A DNA stretch of 64,000 bases. Origin: Squalus acanthias. Taxonomy: Eukaryota. The stretch spans positions 17,546,001 to 17,610,000 of the forward strand of contig CM059435.1 in assembly GCA_030390025.1 (NCBI GenBank), read 5' to 3'. The notes under the pieces were generated by a model. It did no database searches. It was not told the DNA's origin and worked only from the letters and a program-made list of their open reading frames with translations. Shown one piece after another: positions 36,666 through 49,098 of the stretch (positions are counted from its first letter, which is position 1; each line of letters begins with the position of its first letter). A program made the position numbers and the translations under genes.

Positions 36666-38607
36666 ACGAAACTTCTTGTTCTTGTTTGTTGTTACTGCTG
36701 CTCCTCCCCCTCCTCCTCTGTGGCCCAAGAGTTCAGTGCCCCTCTCTAATGCATCTTTTGATCATTAGTGATATTGCATATGTGACAGATGTGCTGTTTT
36801 TTTGTTTTCCTAACTTTGCATGTGGGCGATTGTGTTGTTTTCCTGTGGAAAGCTTGCCTGGTGGGCGATTCACCACAATATATAAAAAGAGGTTTTTCCA
36901 TGTCTTGAAAATTGTGCCAAATAACTAGACTGCAATTAACAGGGAGAACTACATGTTCTGTTCAAAAAAGCACCGTCACTGTGAAGGTACTAGACCGAAC
37001 AGACTGAAGAGGGAGCACTCAGTAACTTTAGAGGGAAACTGAGCCTCAGCCAGTTGGCTCTGTCACAATCAATCATGCTCCAGGTTTGAATCTCCTTTGT
37101 TCCTAGGCTTGTGTCCTCCTCCCCCAGCCAGGAGTGCGTTGGAATAGTCAAGTCTAGAGGCAACAAAGGAGTATTTCCAGGAGTATTCCTTAACTATCTA
37201 TTTATCTTTGTGTACCAAGTCTTTAAAGTTCAAGTCTACCACACCTAGGAACCTCCAGTACTTTGCCCAAAGTGTGTTGGCAGACACCATATAAATTTCC
37301 AAAGGTCATTTTTATTTAAAGAAGCTGTGTGATGAGCCATGGAAGTTGTTCTTGTGAAGGAAAACTGTTGTGGATTGGACAAGAGGCCTTGCAGTTGACC
37401 AAATGCTGCCCCTTTGGGTAAATTGTCTTACCTTTCAGACAGATGACATTTCTTTAATAGGCTTTCAAAGTTTCCCAAACTAATGGAGGTAAATTATGTG
37501 ATCTGAACTGGCTGACTTGGATCTCTCATCCGGTTGTGCATTATTGCATTCTCGCATATCTGGATTTTTTTTTGTTGCAAATTGCCTTTAATGCTAGCAT
37601 GCATTGGGACAAATTAAGCTAAAAGTACTTCTTCCTGAGCTGAAAGGTTTTGAGAATGTTGTTGATCTACTGTACCTCATGAAGCAGACCTCTTTAATAC
37701 ATCAAGAAGATACAAGTGGAAAGTTTAAAATCCTCATCGAGTAATTAAGATAACTAAATGTCTATATTTGTTTTATACAATAGATTAGGTTCGATCAAAT
37801 ATCTATCTTAATTGTGTGATGTACTCGGGGTGGGGTGGAAGTACATTTATGGGACCAATTTGCTGCTTTTGACAGGTTAAGCAGCTTGGAACAACACTAG
37901 GCTGGCAGAACCAAGTTAAACTGCAGCTCTGCTTTTGTCTCTGGCCATGCAAAAGGGAGGTCCGCCCACTTGTGCGTGCACCCCCCTCGAGAGCTTTACT
38001 CAGCCGTTCAAGTGCTAGCTACATTTTTACTATAAGCAAAGTGCACTAAAATAGTTTAAAATTTGAGTTTTTAAAAAGATTGCTAAAGTGGTGTCATTAG
38101 GTGTCATTAAGATGGTGTCACACTACTTGCCAGAATTTAGTCTCGTATCATCACAAATGTGGGAGTGTTCTAACCAATTAATGTTTAAAGGTATTCCCTG
38201 TGTTGTATTGACTGTAACCTAAAACATGATCGACTAATGGTAGAAACATTCTTGGGGATAAGTGTCATTATCTGCATTAATCTGTACAGTCTTGTTTTTT
38301 GGGCGTGACAGGATTGGAAATGTTTTCTTTTAATGAAGTTTGCAAGTGGAGTGTTTTATGTTGCAACTACAGAACTTCTTTTGTTTTAGAATGGTGTTGC
38401 TCATAGATTGTGAGGATTGAATTTTTTTTTGATCAACCTGATTTTTTTTCTCCTAAATATTTATAATGTTGCTAAGAAATGCAATGCGATAATGTTAAAC
38501 AGCACAACATGTTTAACTTTCATAGTTTGAGCAAAATAATGCATATAAACTACGGAGTATGCTTCAGAAAGTGTGTGTATGGTTATAAGTGTTTGTGTGT
38601 GTGTTAT

Positions 38608-39690
38608 AACATAGAAACATAGAACATAGAAAAATAAGAGCAGGAGTAGGCCATTCGGCCCTTCGAGCCTGCTCCGCCATTCAATATGATCATGGCTGAT
38701 CCTCTATCTCAATACCATATTTCCGCTCTCTCCCCATACCCCTTGATGCCTTTCGTGTCTAGAAATCTATCTATCTCCTTCTTAAATATATTCAGTGACT
38801 TGGCCTCCACAGCTGTCTGTGGTAGAGAATTCCACAGGTTCACCACCCTCTGAGTGAAGAAATTTCTCCTCATCTAAGTCCTAAATGTCCTACCCCGTAT
38901 CCTGAGACTGTGACCCCTCGTTCTAGATCCCCCCCAGTCAGAGGAAACATCCTCCCTGCATCCAGTCTGTCTAACCCTGTCAGAATTTTATACGTTTCAA
39001 TGAGATCCCCTCTCATTCTTCTAAACTCTAGTGAATACAGGCCTAGTCGACCCAATCTCTCCTCATACGACAGTCCTGCCATCCCAGGAATCAGTCTGGT
39101 GAACCTTCGCTGCACTCCCTCTATGGCAAGTATATCCTTTCTTAGGTAAGGAGACCAAAACTGCACACATTACTCCAGGTGTGGTCTCACCAAGGCCCTG
39201 TATAACTGTAGTAAGACATCCTTGCTCCTGTACTCAAATGCTCTTGCAATGAAGGCCAACATACCATTTGCCTTCCTAACTGCTTGCTGCACCTGCATGT
39301 TTGCTTTCAGTGACTGGTGTACAAGGACACCCAGGTCCCTCTGTACATCAACATTTCCCAATCTATCACCATTTAAATAATACTCTGCCTTTCTGTTTTT
39401 CCTACCGGAGTGGATAACTTCACATTTATCCACGTTATACTACATCTGCCACTCACTCAACTTGTCTAAATCGCCTTCAAGCCTCTTTGCATCCTCCTCA
39501 CAACTCACAATCCCACCTAGTTTCGTGTCGTCAGCAAACTTGGAAATATTACATTTGGTTCCCTCATCCAAATCATTGATATATATATTGTGAATAGCTG
39601 AGGCCCAAGCACTGATCCCTGCGGTACCCCATTAGTCACCGCCTGCCACCCCAAAAAAGACCCATTTATTCCTACTCTCTGTTTTCTGTC
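38608..39690 (-). mobile_element. CR1 LINE 3' part
   Basis: Peptides nearly identical to the copy at 10617-11450. Confidence 0.95.
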
Positions 39691-39845
39691 TTTAGAATGG
39701 TGTTGTTCATAGATTGTGATGATTGAGTTTTTTTTTGATCAACCTGATTTTTTTCCTCCTAAATATTTATAATGTTGCTAAGAAATGCAATGAGATAATG
39801 TTAAACAGCACAACACGTTTAACTTTCATAGTTTGAGCAAACTAC

Positions 39846-40527
39846 AGCATAACTAAGACCGCCTATTTCCACCTCCGTAACATCTCCCGTCTCCAGCCCT
39901 GCCTCAGCTCATCCGCTGCTGAAACCCTCATCCATGCCTTTGTTCCCTCTAGACTCGACTATTCCAACGCACTCCTGGCTGGCCTCCCACATTTTACCCT
40001 CCGTAAACCCGAGGTCATCCAAAACTCTGCTGCCCGTGTCCTAACTCGCACCAAGTCCCGTTTACCCATCACCCCTTTGCTCGCTGAGCTACATTGGCTC
40101 CCGGTTAAGCAACGACTCGATTTCAAAATTCTCATCCTTGTTTTCAAATCCCTCCATGGCCTCGCCGCTCCCTATCTCTGTAATCTTCTCCAGCCCCACC
40201 ACCCCCCGAGATATCTGCGCTCCTCTAATTCTGCCCTCTTGAGCATCCCTGATTATAATCGCTCAATCATTGGTGGCCGTGCCTTCCGCTGCCTAGGCCC
40301 TAAGCGCTGGAAATCCCTCCCTAAACCTCTCCGCCTCTCTACCTCTCTTTCCTCCTTTATGACGCTCCTTAAAACCTACCTCTTTGACCAAGCTTTTGGT
40401 CACCTGCCCGAATTTCTCCTTCTGTGGCTCAGTGTCAAATTTTTTGTCTTTTAATACTCCTGTGAAGCACCTTGGGACGTTTTACTACGTTAAAGGCGCT
40501 ATATAAATACAAGTTGTTGTTGTTGTT
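39846..40527 (+). mobile_element. L2 LINE 3' part
   Basis: LHWLPVKQRLDFKILILVFKSLHGLAAPYL...GGRAF; (GTT)n tail. Confidence 0.92.
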
Positions 40528-40847
40528 TATTTCCATGAAATTGGTTGTTTTTCTCTTACAGGGTTTAATTTATAGGACATTTTTGTTCTGTCTTCCTTAC
40601 CCAGTGGTAACTAATATTTAATCCCTGGCGGGTTCGGTTCATATTTTAATGGAGCGTAAATTGGGCATTGACCCAGTCCTGCCCCCATTCCCGCCGGACA
40701 GGTTAGGTTACATTGGGAGCTTTCCATTTTCCCAGTATCAGGTGTAACCTGATTGAAACAAAACATGACATGCCAGTTCTCCAAGCTGTAATAACTAAAA
40801 TAGAAAAAACTGCTTGTATTAATGAAACACAGCAATATAATTGAAAT

Positions 40848-40994
40848 ACAAAAGCAAAATACTGCGGATGCTGGAAATCTGAAATAAAAACGGAAAATGC
40901 TGGAAATGCTCAGCAGGTCAGGCAGCATCTGTGGAGAGAGAAACAGAGTTAACGTTTCAGGTCGATGACCTTTCATCCGAACTGGTCATACTTG
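40848..40994 (-). mobile_element. Short Penelope-like family B insertion with a mutated hammerhead core
   Basis: 14-bp TSD AATATAATTGAAAT at 40834-40847 and 40995-41008; minus strand AGTT-CGGATGA-A-AGGTC-ATC-GACCT-GAAA-CG-TT-AACT. Confidence 0.8.
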
Positions 40995-41035
40995 AATATA
41001 ATTGAAATGTTGAATTTGTTTGGACGGAATTAATT

Positions 41036-41038
<3 letters not shown>

Positions 41039-41069
<31 letters not shown>
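41039..41069. repeat. (TG)n microsatellite
   Basis: Direct reading. Confidence 0.95.
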
Positions 41070-41070
<1 letters not shown>

Positions 41071-42500
41071 TCATCGGTCGGTCACCAGGCCCTGACAGTA
41101 TGCTACAAATGTTCAATGTGTGTGCCCGAAATCCACTGTACTACTTCCTGTGTAGATCGTCAGTCATTTAAAACAAGCTCGTTGACTCATCTACTAGAGT
41201 TGTTGTTTAATTGCCAAACATTCATTTCGTTTCAACTGATCTCCATGCATCGTGCATAAGAGAATGTGTGTGTGTCATGTGAGAGAGAAGACGATGGCCG
41301 TACCTAAAGGTGTATACAACCCAAGAATTAAACGCACAAGTCTGTCGATTTGACTAGATCATTCCTGGACTCCAACTTGCATTGGGAAACAGGTCAGTGA
41401 TTGAGATGGTTCTTGGATACTCAACACTGGTGCACTGACTGAGTTTGAATGGTTTAGTATCTCAAAGGATGTGGGGCGGAGTAAATCAGCATGCATCGCT
41501 TAATATCCTTTTTAGAATATTAAACCGAGCATTACATTCTGTTGAATGGTAAATTTCAGCTTGGATAACAAATCGGAGAAATCTTTTCACTGTTCCATAC
41601 AATTGTTACAGTAAGTTTCACCAAACGTTCTTGGAATTTTTTTGAATATTTGATGAATGTTACTGAATACATGCCATAAGATATTGACAGTCAGCAAAGT
41701 TCATCGCATCCTAGAGGTGAGTTCACCAGTTTGTTGTATCGGAGTATAAGCCTTACATAACTTAATTAACATCTAACAACCTTTTATGCATTAAAATTAG
41801 TTCTGCATTTCTTTTGGAAATGGATTAATCTGCCAGAACAATGGGTACTGTGAAGTTAATCTGCTGCGTGTTTCTGTATAACTAATCTACCTACAGGTAT
41901 AATTATCATACTTCTTTAGGGGTATTACCAAGCTGAAATTCCATGGGGGAGAAATTCAGTATCGCCCCATTTGGGGCGCAATTCTCGGCCGGGCGTAAAG
42001 ATTAGCGCCTGGCGCTAATTATCGCCTCCGACTGCAAACTTGACTTTTATCGCCCCTGGAGGTGATTGGAGCGCTAAATCAGGCGCTACACATCTGTCTT
42101 AAGGCGCAAAGGCCGAGGAGCAAGGCGCTAACTCAGAGTGCGGGCGCAGCGCAGGTGCTGTCAGTTAGCGATGGAACACAGACACACTGGCGCCGGACAG
42201 TTCTTAAAGGGGAGGGTCGATCTTGCACTCCAGCCACACCCTGCTCATTGGAGCCTTGAATCTCGGCCTGGAGAGACCTGTGCCTAAATCTTCCAGCCAA
42301 GGACTATGGAGAGGGTGAGAGAACGAGCTCAGCGCTTCAGCGAGTGGGCCTTGGATGCTCTGGTGGGCGCGGTGGAGCGCAGAAGATGTATACTCTTCCC
42401 TGAGAGTGGCAGGAGGCCTTTGCCGGGCGAGTACAGAAGAGTGTGGAGGGAGGTGGCTCAGAGCGTCTCCTCCAGGAGCATGGTGCACAGGACCCATATA

Positions 42501-42864
42501 CAGGAAACTCTTTATTAACCGGCACCGACGGGACCGGCGTGGTGCCAGTTAATCAAAAAGTCCGGATAACGGAGAGTTATATCTCCCAACGTACGAGAGC
42601 CCCGTACACATTGACATGCGCCTGCATTCGGAGCTCCGTCTCCCCGGGGACCGCCAGCTGACCATCTGTCGTGTCCGCTGCCTACCCGGGCTGTACATTC
42701 CCCTCCCAATCTACACGCTCCGATACAAGGCAAACGCCTCGGGGTTTTTTTTAAAGTTAATTTTAAACGAGAGATGAAGGAAAACCCCGGTTACCTACTC
42801 AAGAATTTTGCCGGTTAAGAGAGATTTCCGGATATTTGGGTGCCGGTTAAGAAAGAGTTTCCTG
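42501..42864. mobile_element. Tc1/mariner (pogo/Tigger-like) MITE
   Basis: TA TSD; about 26-bp TIRs CAGGAAACTCTTTATTAACCGGCACC / GGTGCCGGTTAAGAAAGAGTTTCCTG. Confidence 0.9.
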
Positions 42865-43049
42865 TACAATGTCAAAAAAAGTTCAATGACCTCACTTGGG
42901 TCGTCAGGGTGAGTGGCTTTTTTTCAATACCTCTCCATCCCTCCATCTCAACCTCACTCTATGGCCAGAGGGTCTTAAAACCCCAATGCCCAACACTCAT
43001 CCAACACCTATGGCCCTCTCATGAAACACAGACGCACATTCCACACTTT

Positions 43050-43481
43050 GCATACAGTAAGGGCTATTCACCTATGGGAGGCACATCAGGCAAGACCATG
43101 GCTGCATACAGTAAGGGCTATTCACCTATGGGAGGCACATCAGGCAAGACCATGGCTGCATACAGTAAGGGCTATTCACCTATGGGAGTCACATCAGGCA
43201 AGACCATGGTTGCATACAGTAAGGGCTATTCACCTATGGGAGGCACATCAGGCAAGACCATGGCTGCATACAGTAAGGGCTATTCACCTATGGGAGGCAC
43301 ATCAGGCAAGACCATGGCTGCATACAGTAAGGGCTATTCACCTATGGGAGGCACATCAGGCAAGACCATGGCTGCATACAGTAAGGGCTATTCACCTATG
43401 GGAGGCACATCAGGCAAGACCATGGCTGCATACAGTAAGGGCTATTCACCTATGCGAGGCACATCAGGCAAGACCATGGCT
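43050..43481. repeat. Minisatellite, 8 x 54 bp
   Basis: Unit GCATACAGTAAGGGCTATTCACCTATGGGAGGCACATCAGGCAAGACCATGGCT; only 3 substitutions seen; no spacers. Confidence 0.97.
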
Positions 43482-43591
43482 GTATATTTACTCCGACGCC
43501 GCCCTTTTTCTTGCAGGCCAAGCTATCTCCTAATAGGAGACAGCAGCAACGGACGGGTGGAGGGCGGCCTCAGCTGCAACCCCTCAGCGAT

Positions 43592-43963
43592 CTAGGAGAT
43601 ATTGGCGATGTCCCCAGTAGCTGATTGAAATGAGCCAGTGGCATAAAAGTTCATAGCCACTGTGATCTTCATTGCCACCGACAGAGACGTCCTGGACCTC
43701 AGTTGAGGCTGCAGATCTGGCCGCAGCAGGTGGCAGAGCTCAGTGACTACCTCCTTGCTGAAGCGCAGCCTTCGCAAACACTGCTCCTCAGACATATTAA
43801 TATATGTGAATTGTTGGCGATATACCCTGGGAGGGTAAGGTCTCCTGTACAGAGGCCTGTTGGCCCTCCTCCGTCTGGCCATGATTGCCACTCTCTCTCT
43901 GCGTCTCTGTGTCCTCCGATTCTGGTGGCGCAGGACGACGCCCCCAATCAGTGCAGTCCCCAT
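43592..43963 (-). pseudogene. Harbinger transposase N-terminal (HTH) fragment
   Basis: RPYPPRVYRQQFTYINMSEEQCLRRLRFSKEVVTELCHLL.PDLQP...LSVAMKITVAMNFYATGSFQSATGDIANIS, HARBI1-like. Confidence 0.9.
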
Positions 43964-45112
43964 AGTCTCTTGGCAATCAAAGTTATGAAGGTCAAAAACC
44001 AAAGTACCTGCAAAGTTATGATCAGTAGCCAAAACTACCTCACACAGCATTGACTCAATGCAGAAGTCGCTCTTTCTCTCTCTCCGAATCTCTCTCTCTC
44101 TCTCTCTCTCTCTCAGAACGAGAGGTGCAAAAATGTCTACCACAGAGAAAGACAGGAAGAGGCCCCCTTTAAATAGCACCCCCCCCAGCCCCACAGCGAC
44201 TGGGGAGCGTTCCAGTCTTCCGGTCGTTGGTTGCGCCAGGCGGAAAGGATGGGGGCGCCACTCAATTTCCGCTCTGGGGCACCACAAGGGCGTTGCACCC
44301 TTGTATGACGTCAAGATCTGCGTGCGCAGGAGATCATGGCGGTAAAGTTTAGCGCCGCCGCAAAATGTCTAGTTAATTTCGCGAGCGGCGCAAACATCGC
44401 TACGCCCGGGCACTAGTTGCTTTGCGCCCCATTAGCGCCCTCTTAAGGCGCTAACAGGAGGCATAACCAACTGAATTTTTCCCCCCATATCTCACATACT
44501 CTGTGCATAAAAGACATGAGATTGGTTCTGATTGCTCTTCATTGTTAACTGGAAAGGCAGAACGCACATTGTTAATAAGGTTGATATGTAAGCACCAAGA
44601 GTTTCAGCTAAAACTTGGGTAGACTGTCAGTGGGCTCCTTTTTTTTCAGGAGAGGAGGTTTCCTGAACTCAATCAGATATCAGCAGAAATTACTTCCAAC
44701 CACATGCGTGTTTTTTCAGACTGAAAATAAAGCAAACTGTTTGTAATCCAAACAGTTTTGAAAAGAACAAATAAAATACATTTAATAAATAGTGCTTTTA
44801 GCTGTCTTTGAAAGTACAATGGATCCTTGCCATCCTCTCTCCCTCAGCCTTACGCAGGATTTCTTAATGGCAGAATTACTTCCAAGCTGTTGAATTTAAT
44901 GTAGTGACTCTTGGAGCAAACACCTCCAAAACGTCTGCTACAATGTTGACATGTATTGGCTACCTTGCGTGGATCAGGATAGAGAAAGAGTGAGAGATCA
45001 AAATAGGAGTAGGCCATTTAGCCCTCGAGCAGTTTCTGCCATTCAATTAAAATTGGCTGTTCTGTATCTCAACTCCATTTAGCTGCCTTTGTTCCCTTGA
45101 TACCCTTACTAA

Positions 45113-46017
45113 TACAACAACAACTTGTATTTATATAGCGCCTTTAATGTAATAAAATGTTCCAAGGCACTTCACTAAAGCATTATCAAATAAAATTTGA
45201 CACAGCCACATAAGGAGATATTAGGGCAGATGACCAAAAGCTCAGTCAAACAGGTTTTAAAGAATGTCTTAAAGGTGGAAAGAGGGGTAGAGAGGCGGGG
45301 AGGGCATTCCAGAGCTTAGGGCCTAGGCAGCTGAAGGCACAGCCACCAATGGTGGAGCAATTAAAATTGGGGATGCAGAAGAGGCCAGAATTGGAGGAGT
45401 GCAGATATCTCTGAGGGTCGTAGGGCTGGAGGAGGTTACAGAGAATGGGAGGGGCGAGGCCATGGAGGGATTTGAAAACCAGGATGATAATTTTAAAATC
45501 AAGGCATTGTTGGACCAGGAGCCAATGTAGGTCAACAAGCACAGGGGCGATGGGTGAATGGGACTTGATGCGAGTTAGGATACAGGCAGCAGAGTTTTGG
45601 ATGACCTCAAGTTTACAGAGGGTAGAACGTGGGAAGCCGGCCAGGAGTACATTGGAATAGTCAAGTCTAAAGGTAACCAAGGCATGGATGAGGGTTTCAG
45701 TAGCAGATGAGCTGAGGCAGGGACAGAGTCTGGCAGTGTTAAGGAGGTGAAAATAGGCGGTCTTAGTGATGGCGCAGATATGTGGTCAGAAGCTTATCTC
45801 TGGGTCAGGTATGACACCATGGTTGTGAACAGTCTGGTTCAGCCTCAGACAATTGCCAGGGAGGATGGAATCGGTGGCTAGGGAATGGAGTTTGTGGCAG
45901 GGAGCAAAGACAATGGCTTCGGTCTTCCCAATATTTAGTTGGAGGAAATTTCCATTCATTCAGTACTGGATGTCAGACAAGCAGTCTGACAATTTAGAGA
46001 TAGTGGAGGGGTCGAGA
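45113..46017 (-). mobile_element. L2 LINE 3' part nested in a CR1 3' fragment (about 45003-45112 and 46018-46320, minus)
   Basis: RLDYSNVLLAG...VIQNSAACIL...LHWL...FKSLHGLAPP; (CAA)n tail. Confidence 0.88.
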
Positions 46018-47429
46018 GAAAATCTATTGCTCTCAGTCTTGAAAATTTAAATTGACCCAGCATCCACATTTTGAGGAAGCCAGTTCAAGATTTCCAATTT
46101 CCATCATTTTGCCCACACATTTAATCTGACTATGTCCCTTTCTAACTTCTTCTCCCATCCACACAACTTATTATGCCTCCTAACTTTGTGTCATCTGCAA
46201 ACTTGGATATACAACTTTCTATTCCTTCATCCAAGCTGTAAAGCTGAGGCCCACGGTACTGATCCCTGGAGATCACCACATCACCTCCTGCCAATCTCTA
46301 GAATAAACCCTTTGTCCCTACTCTCTCTCTCTCTCTCCTATCACTCAACTATTTACCGACGTACTCTGAGAAGATCACAGGGCTGCAATTGAAGGCCATA
46401 GTCACAGGACTGCTCAGCATAGGTGAACCTAGACAGGACAGACTCCTGGTCCAAGGTCTTTATAGAATTAAGTTAGATTGTTTCCCACAGCTGCACTTTA
46501 AATCTGCTGCTGCATCGGATGTTCCATTCCAAATCAAACCTATTCTCTGCATAGTGCTCAATCGTGCAAGGAATGGACCACTAATATAATAATGTGAACT
46601 TCAAGATGCCACGAGGTCCATTCCTTGTGATGACTGTGTAAGCAGTGTGCACTTTTCAGCCACTGCAATAGGACTACAAAATAGGGCCTATGAAAAGCAG
46701 ACGCTCGGTGCACAATCCATCAACTTACTTAAGAAGAAAATGTCCATTACTTGTTCTTGGAGAATAGACATATGATCAATATTCTGAATGCCTGTCATAT
46801 TTTTCATCTGTTACTTTCTGCTAATCTGAGTTTCATCCTGATTCACTGTCTCTTTTTTTATTTTATTTCCCTTTTTGTCAGTCAGTTTCGACCTGATTTA
46901 TATTCAGCTCTGCATTTTGACAAGGTCATCTACAATACGGCACTTAAAATAGGGTTTTACTATTACTCGCGTCGTTCAATGGAAATTCAGTCAACTGGAG
47001 TAATGTCTTAGAATGATGAAAACAGACACCCTTTGGATTATCTGTGTAATTTATTACATCGCGACAAAATGGGATGAGTCCTTTATGATTATACTGATCT
47101 GCCTATCATAAACTGTGTACCCAACATAATGCTGCTCTCGTATCTAAACTGCCATGTGGAATTGTTCACTTTCCAAAGCAGAATGGATTCAGCTACACCG
47201 TAAACTGCACAGAAAGAAGAAAGAAGGAACTGGCATTTATATAGCGCCTTTCAAGCTCTCGGGAGGACCCAAAGTACAGTAACAATGTCTGCAATCCATT
47301 AAAAATGGATGGTGGTTATGCGCATATTTGAGGGCTGCTCATTATGAGTAAGTGCGTTGTCTAATTATTATAGGCTGGTTGTAACAGGTCTGACCACGGG
47401 ACATGCCTTCTAGCGACTGCAAGAAATAG

Positions 47430-47860
47430 AGAAAACTTGCATTTATCCAGAGCGTTATTATGTCTCTTGGGATGTTCCAAAAATATTTGCATCCAATGAG
47501 TAATTTTGAAGTGCGGTCACTGTTATGGTGGCAAATGTACAGCCATATTATGCAAAGCAGGATCCTAGAAACTACAACGAGATGATCAGTTATTCTCGTT
47601 TTGGTGGTGGTTGAGGAAAGAATTTTAACCAGGACATCAGGAAAATTCCCTGCTGCTTTTTAGATAATGCCACGGGATCTCTTGCATCCACTTGAACCAT
47701 CAGAACAGGCAGACAGAGCCTAAAGGATAATACTTCCAAACAAGGCCGCATTCCCTCAGCACTTCACTGATGTGTCAGCCTAGCCCTAGATCATGTGCTC
47801 AAGTCCTGGAATGAGGCTTGAACCCACAATCTTCTGATTCAGTGTCGAGAGTTTTACTGG
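47430..47860 (-). mobile_element. Decayed Deu/SacSINE-like SINE
   Basis: Head homologous to 16425-16575; L2-like tail AACTTGCATTTAT. Confidence 0.55.
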
Positions 47861-47989
47861 AACCAATTGTGGCCATTGAATGTAGCACTAAATTACTTTA
47901 TGACCATTCACTCAGTTAACTGAAAGCTTAATGGAAAAGCACTGGAGTTGTATGTAGAATTTGTAAGAAATTGCATATTATTGTAGCAA

Positions 47990-48590
47990 TAACAGCACAG
48001 AAAGAGACTATTTCACCCATTGCACCTGTGCCGACTCGCGAGTATCCATTCAGGACTATTACCCTGCCCTTTTGCTGTACCCTTTAAAGTTTTTTCTTTT
48101 TTTCAAATATTTATTTACTTCCTTTTCAAAAGCTATTCTAGATTCTGCTTGCACCATTCTTTCTGGTGGAGCATTCCATATCCAAACAACCTTTTGTGTT
48201 ATTTAAAATTCTGTAAACCTCTTCCTTCATTCCATGGTGATCTTAAATTACCTCGTTACAGACTCACGACCAGTGGAAGTAGTTTCTCAAAACCCCTCAT
48301 TAATTTTAAAGAGCTAACAGATCTCCCTTTTAACATTCTCAGTTCTAATGAAAAATCCCTAGTTTCTCTAAACTGTCGACATTACCAAAGCTTTATCCCC
48401 GGTATCACTTGAGTAAATTTCTTCCATAGCCTCTTCATGACTTTGACATCCTTCCTAAAGTAGGGTGCCTGAAACTGAACAAACTATTCTAACAATGGCC
48501 TAGCCAATGATTTGTATAGATTTCGCATTCCATTTTTGTTACTGTGCTTGATGCTGCTATTTATAAAACCTAGGTACCTGTAATCTTTAT
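47990..48590 (-). mobile_element. Decayed CR1 3' fragment
   Basis: Diverged similarity to the CR1 copies in this window. Confidence 0.5.
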
Positions 48591-49098
48591 TTTTACATCT
48601 GCATAGCGTGCATCATCTGCATAGAGTACAATTTTGTGCTTGCCTGCAGCTGTATCCTTCATGCCAATGTACTATCCTGGATTCTGTACATGCTTTCGGT
48701 TTAGATCAAAAAGATAACAGGGAGTATCCTTTACTGAGTACACAAGTACAGACAGAATTTATAAGATAATTGCTCATTGTTAGTGATGGACAGATGCCCT
48801 AAACTAAAGTATCTAGACTGCACAGAACAGGTAGTTCCATTCTGCTTAGTCAATGGATTTCCCTGTAGTCAAGGAAATTATAATTCCTGACGCACCAGAT
48901 CACATGCCAGGTAAATGAGATCACTGAAATTCACATTGTGAGAAGATCACTTCTTGAGGAGAAAACACACATGGTCAGGATGTGTAATGCTACAAATGCG
49001 ACAACTTTTAGCCAGGACTTTGGCCAAAATCTACACTTAATAGAAAAATCTATCAACCTTGAATAGAAAAATTAGCTGGTAACTTCCACGTTGTTCAG

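Larger units (their letters stand above)
42306..43595 (+). pseudogene. Harbinger Myb/SANT gene: exon 1 split by a MITE, exon 2 truncated
   Basis: MERVRERAQRFSEWALDALVGAVERRR...WREVAQSVSSRSMVHRTHI|QCQKKFNDLTWVVR-gtgagt ... ttgcag-AKLSPNRRQQQRTGGGRP. Confidence 0.85.
41945..44485. mobile_element. Internally deleted Harbinger transposon with both termini
   Basis: TIRs GGGGGAGAAATTCAG / CTGAATTTTTCCCCC, TSD CAT; Myb gene 5' part (+) and transposase 5' part (-). Confidence 0.9.

Noticed and set aside
43050-43481. CRISPR array or repeat-protein gene
   Set aside because: Head-to-tail identical units with no unique spacers and no cas genes; lies in a transposon intron in vertebrate DNA
43592-44314. 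Host HARBI1 gene (240-aa ORF)
   Set aside because: Only the N-terminal part is present, it lacks the DDE domain, and it sits between TIRs with a TSD
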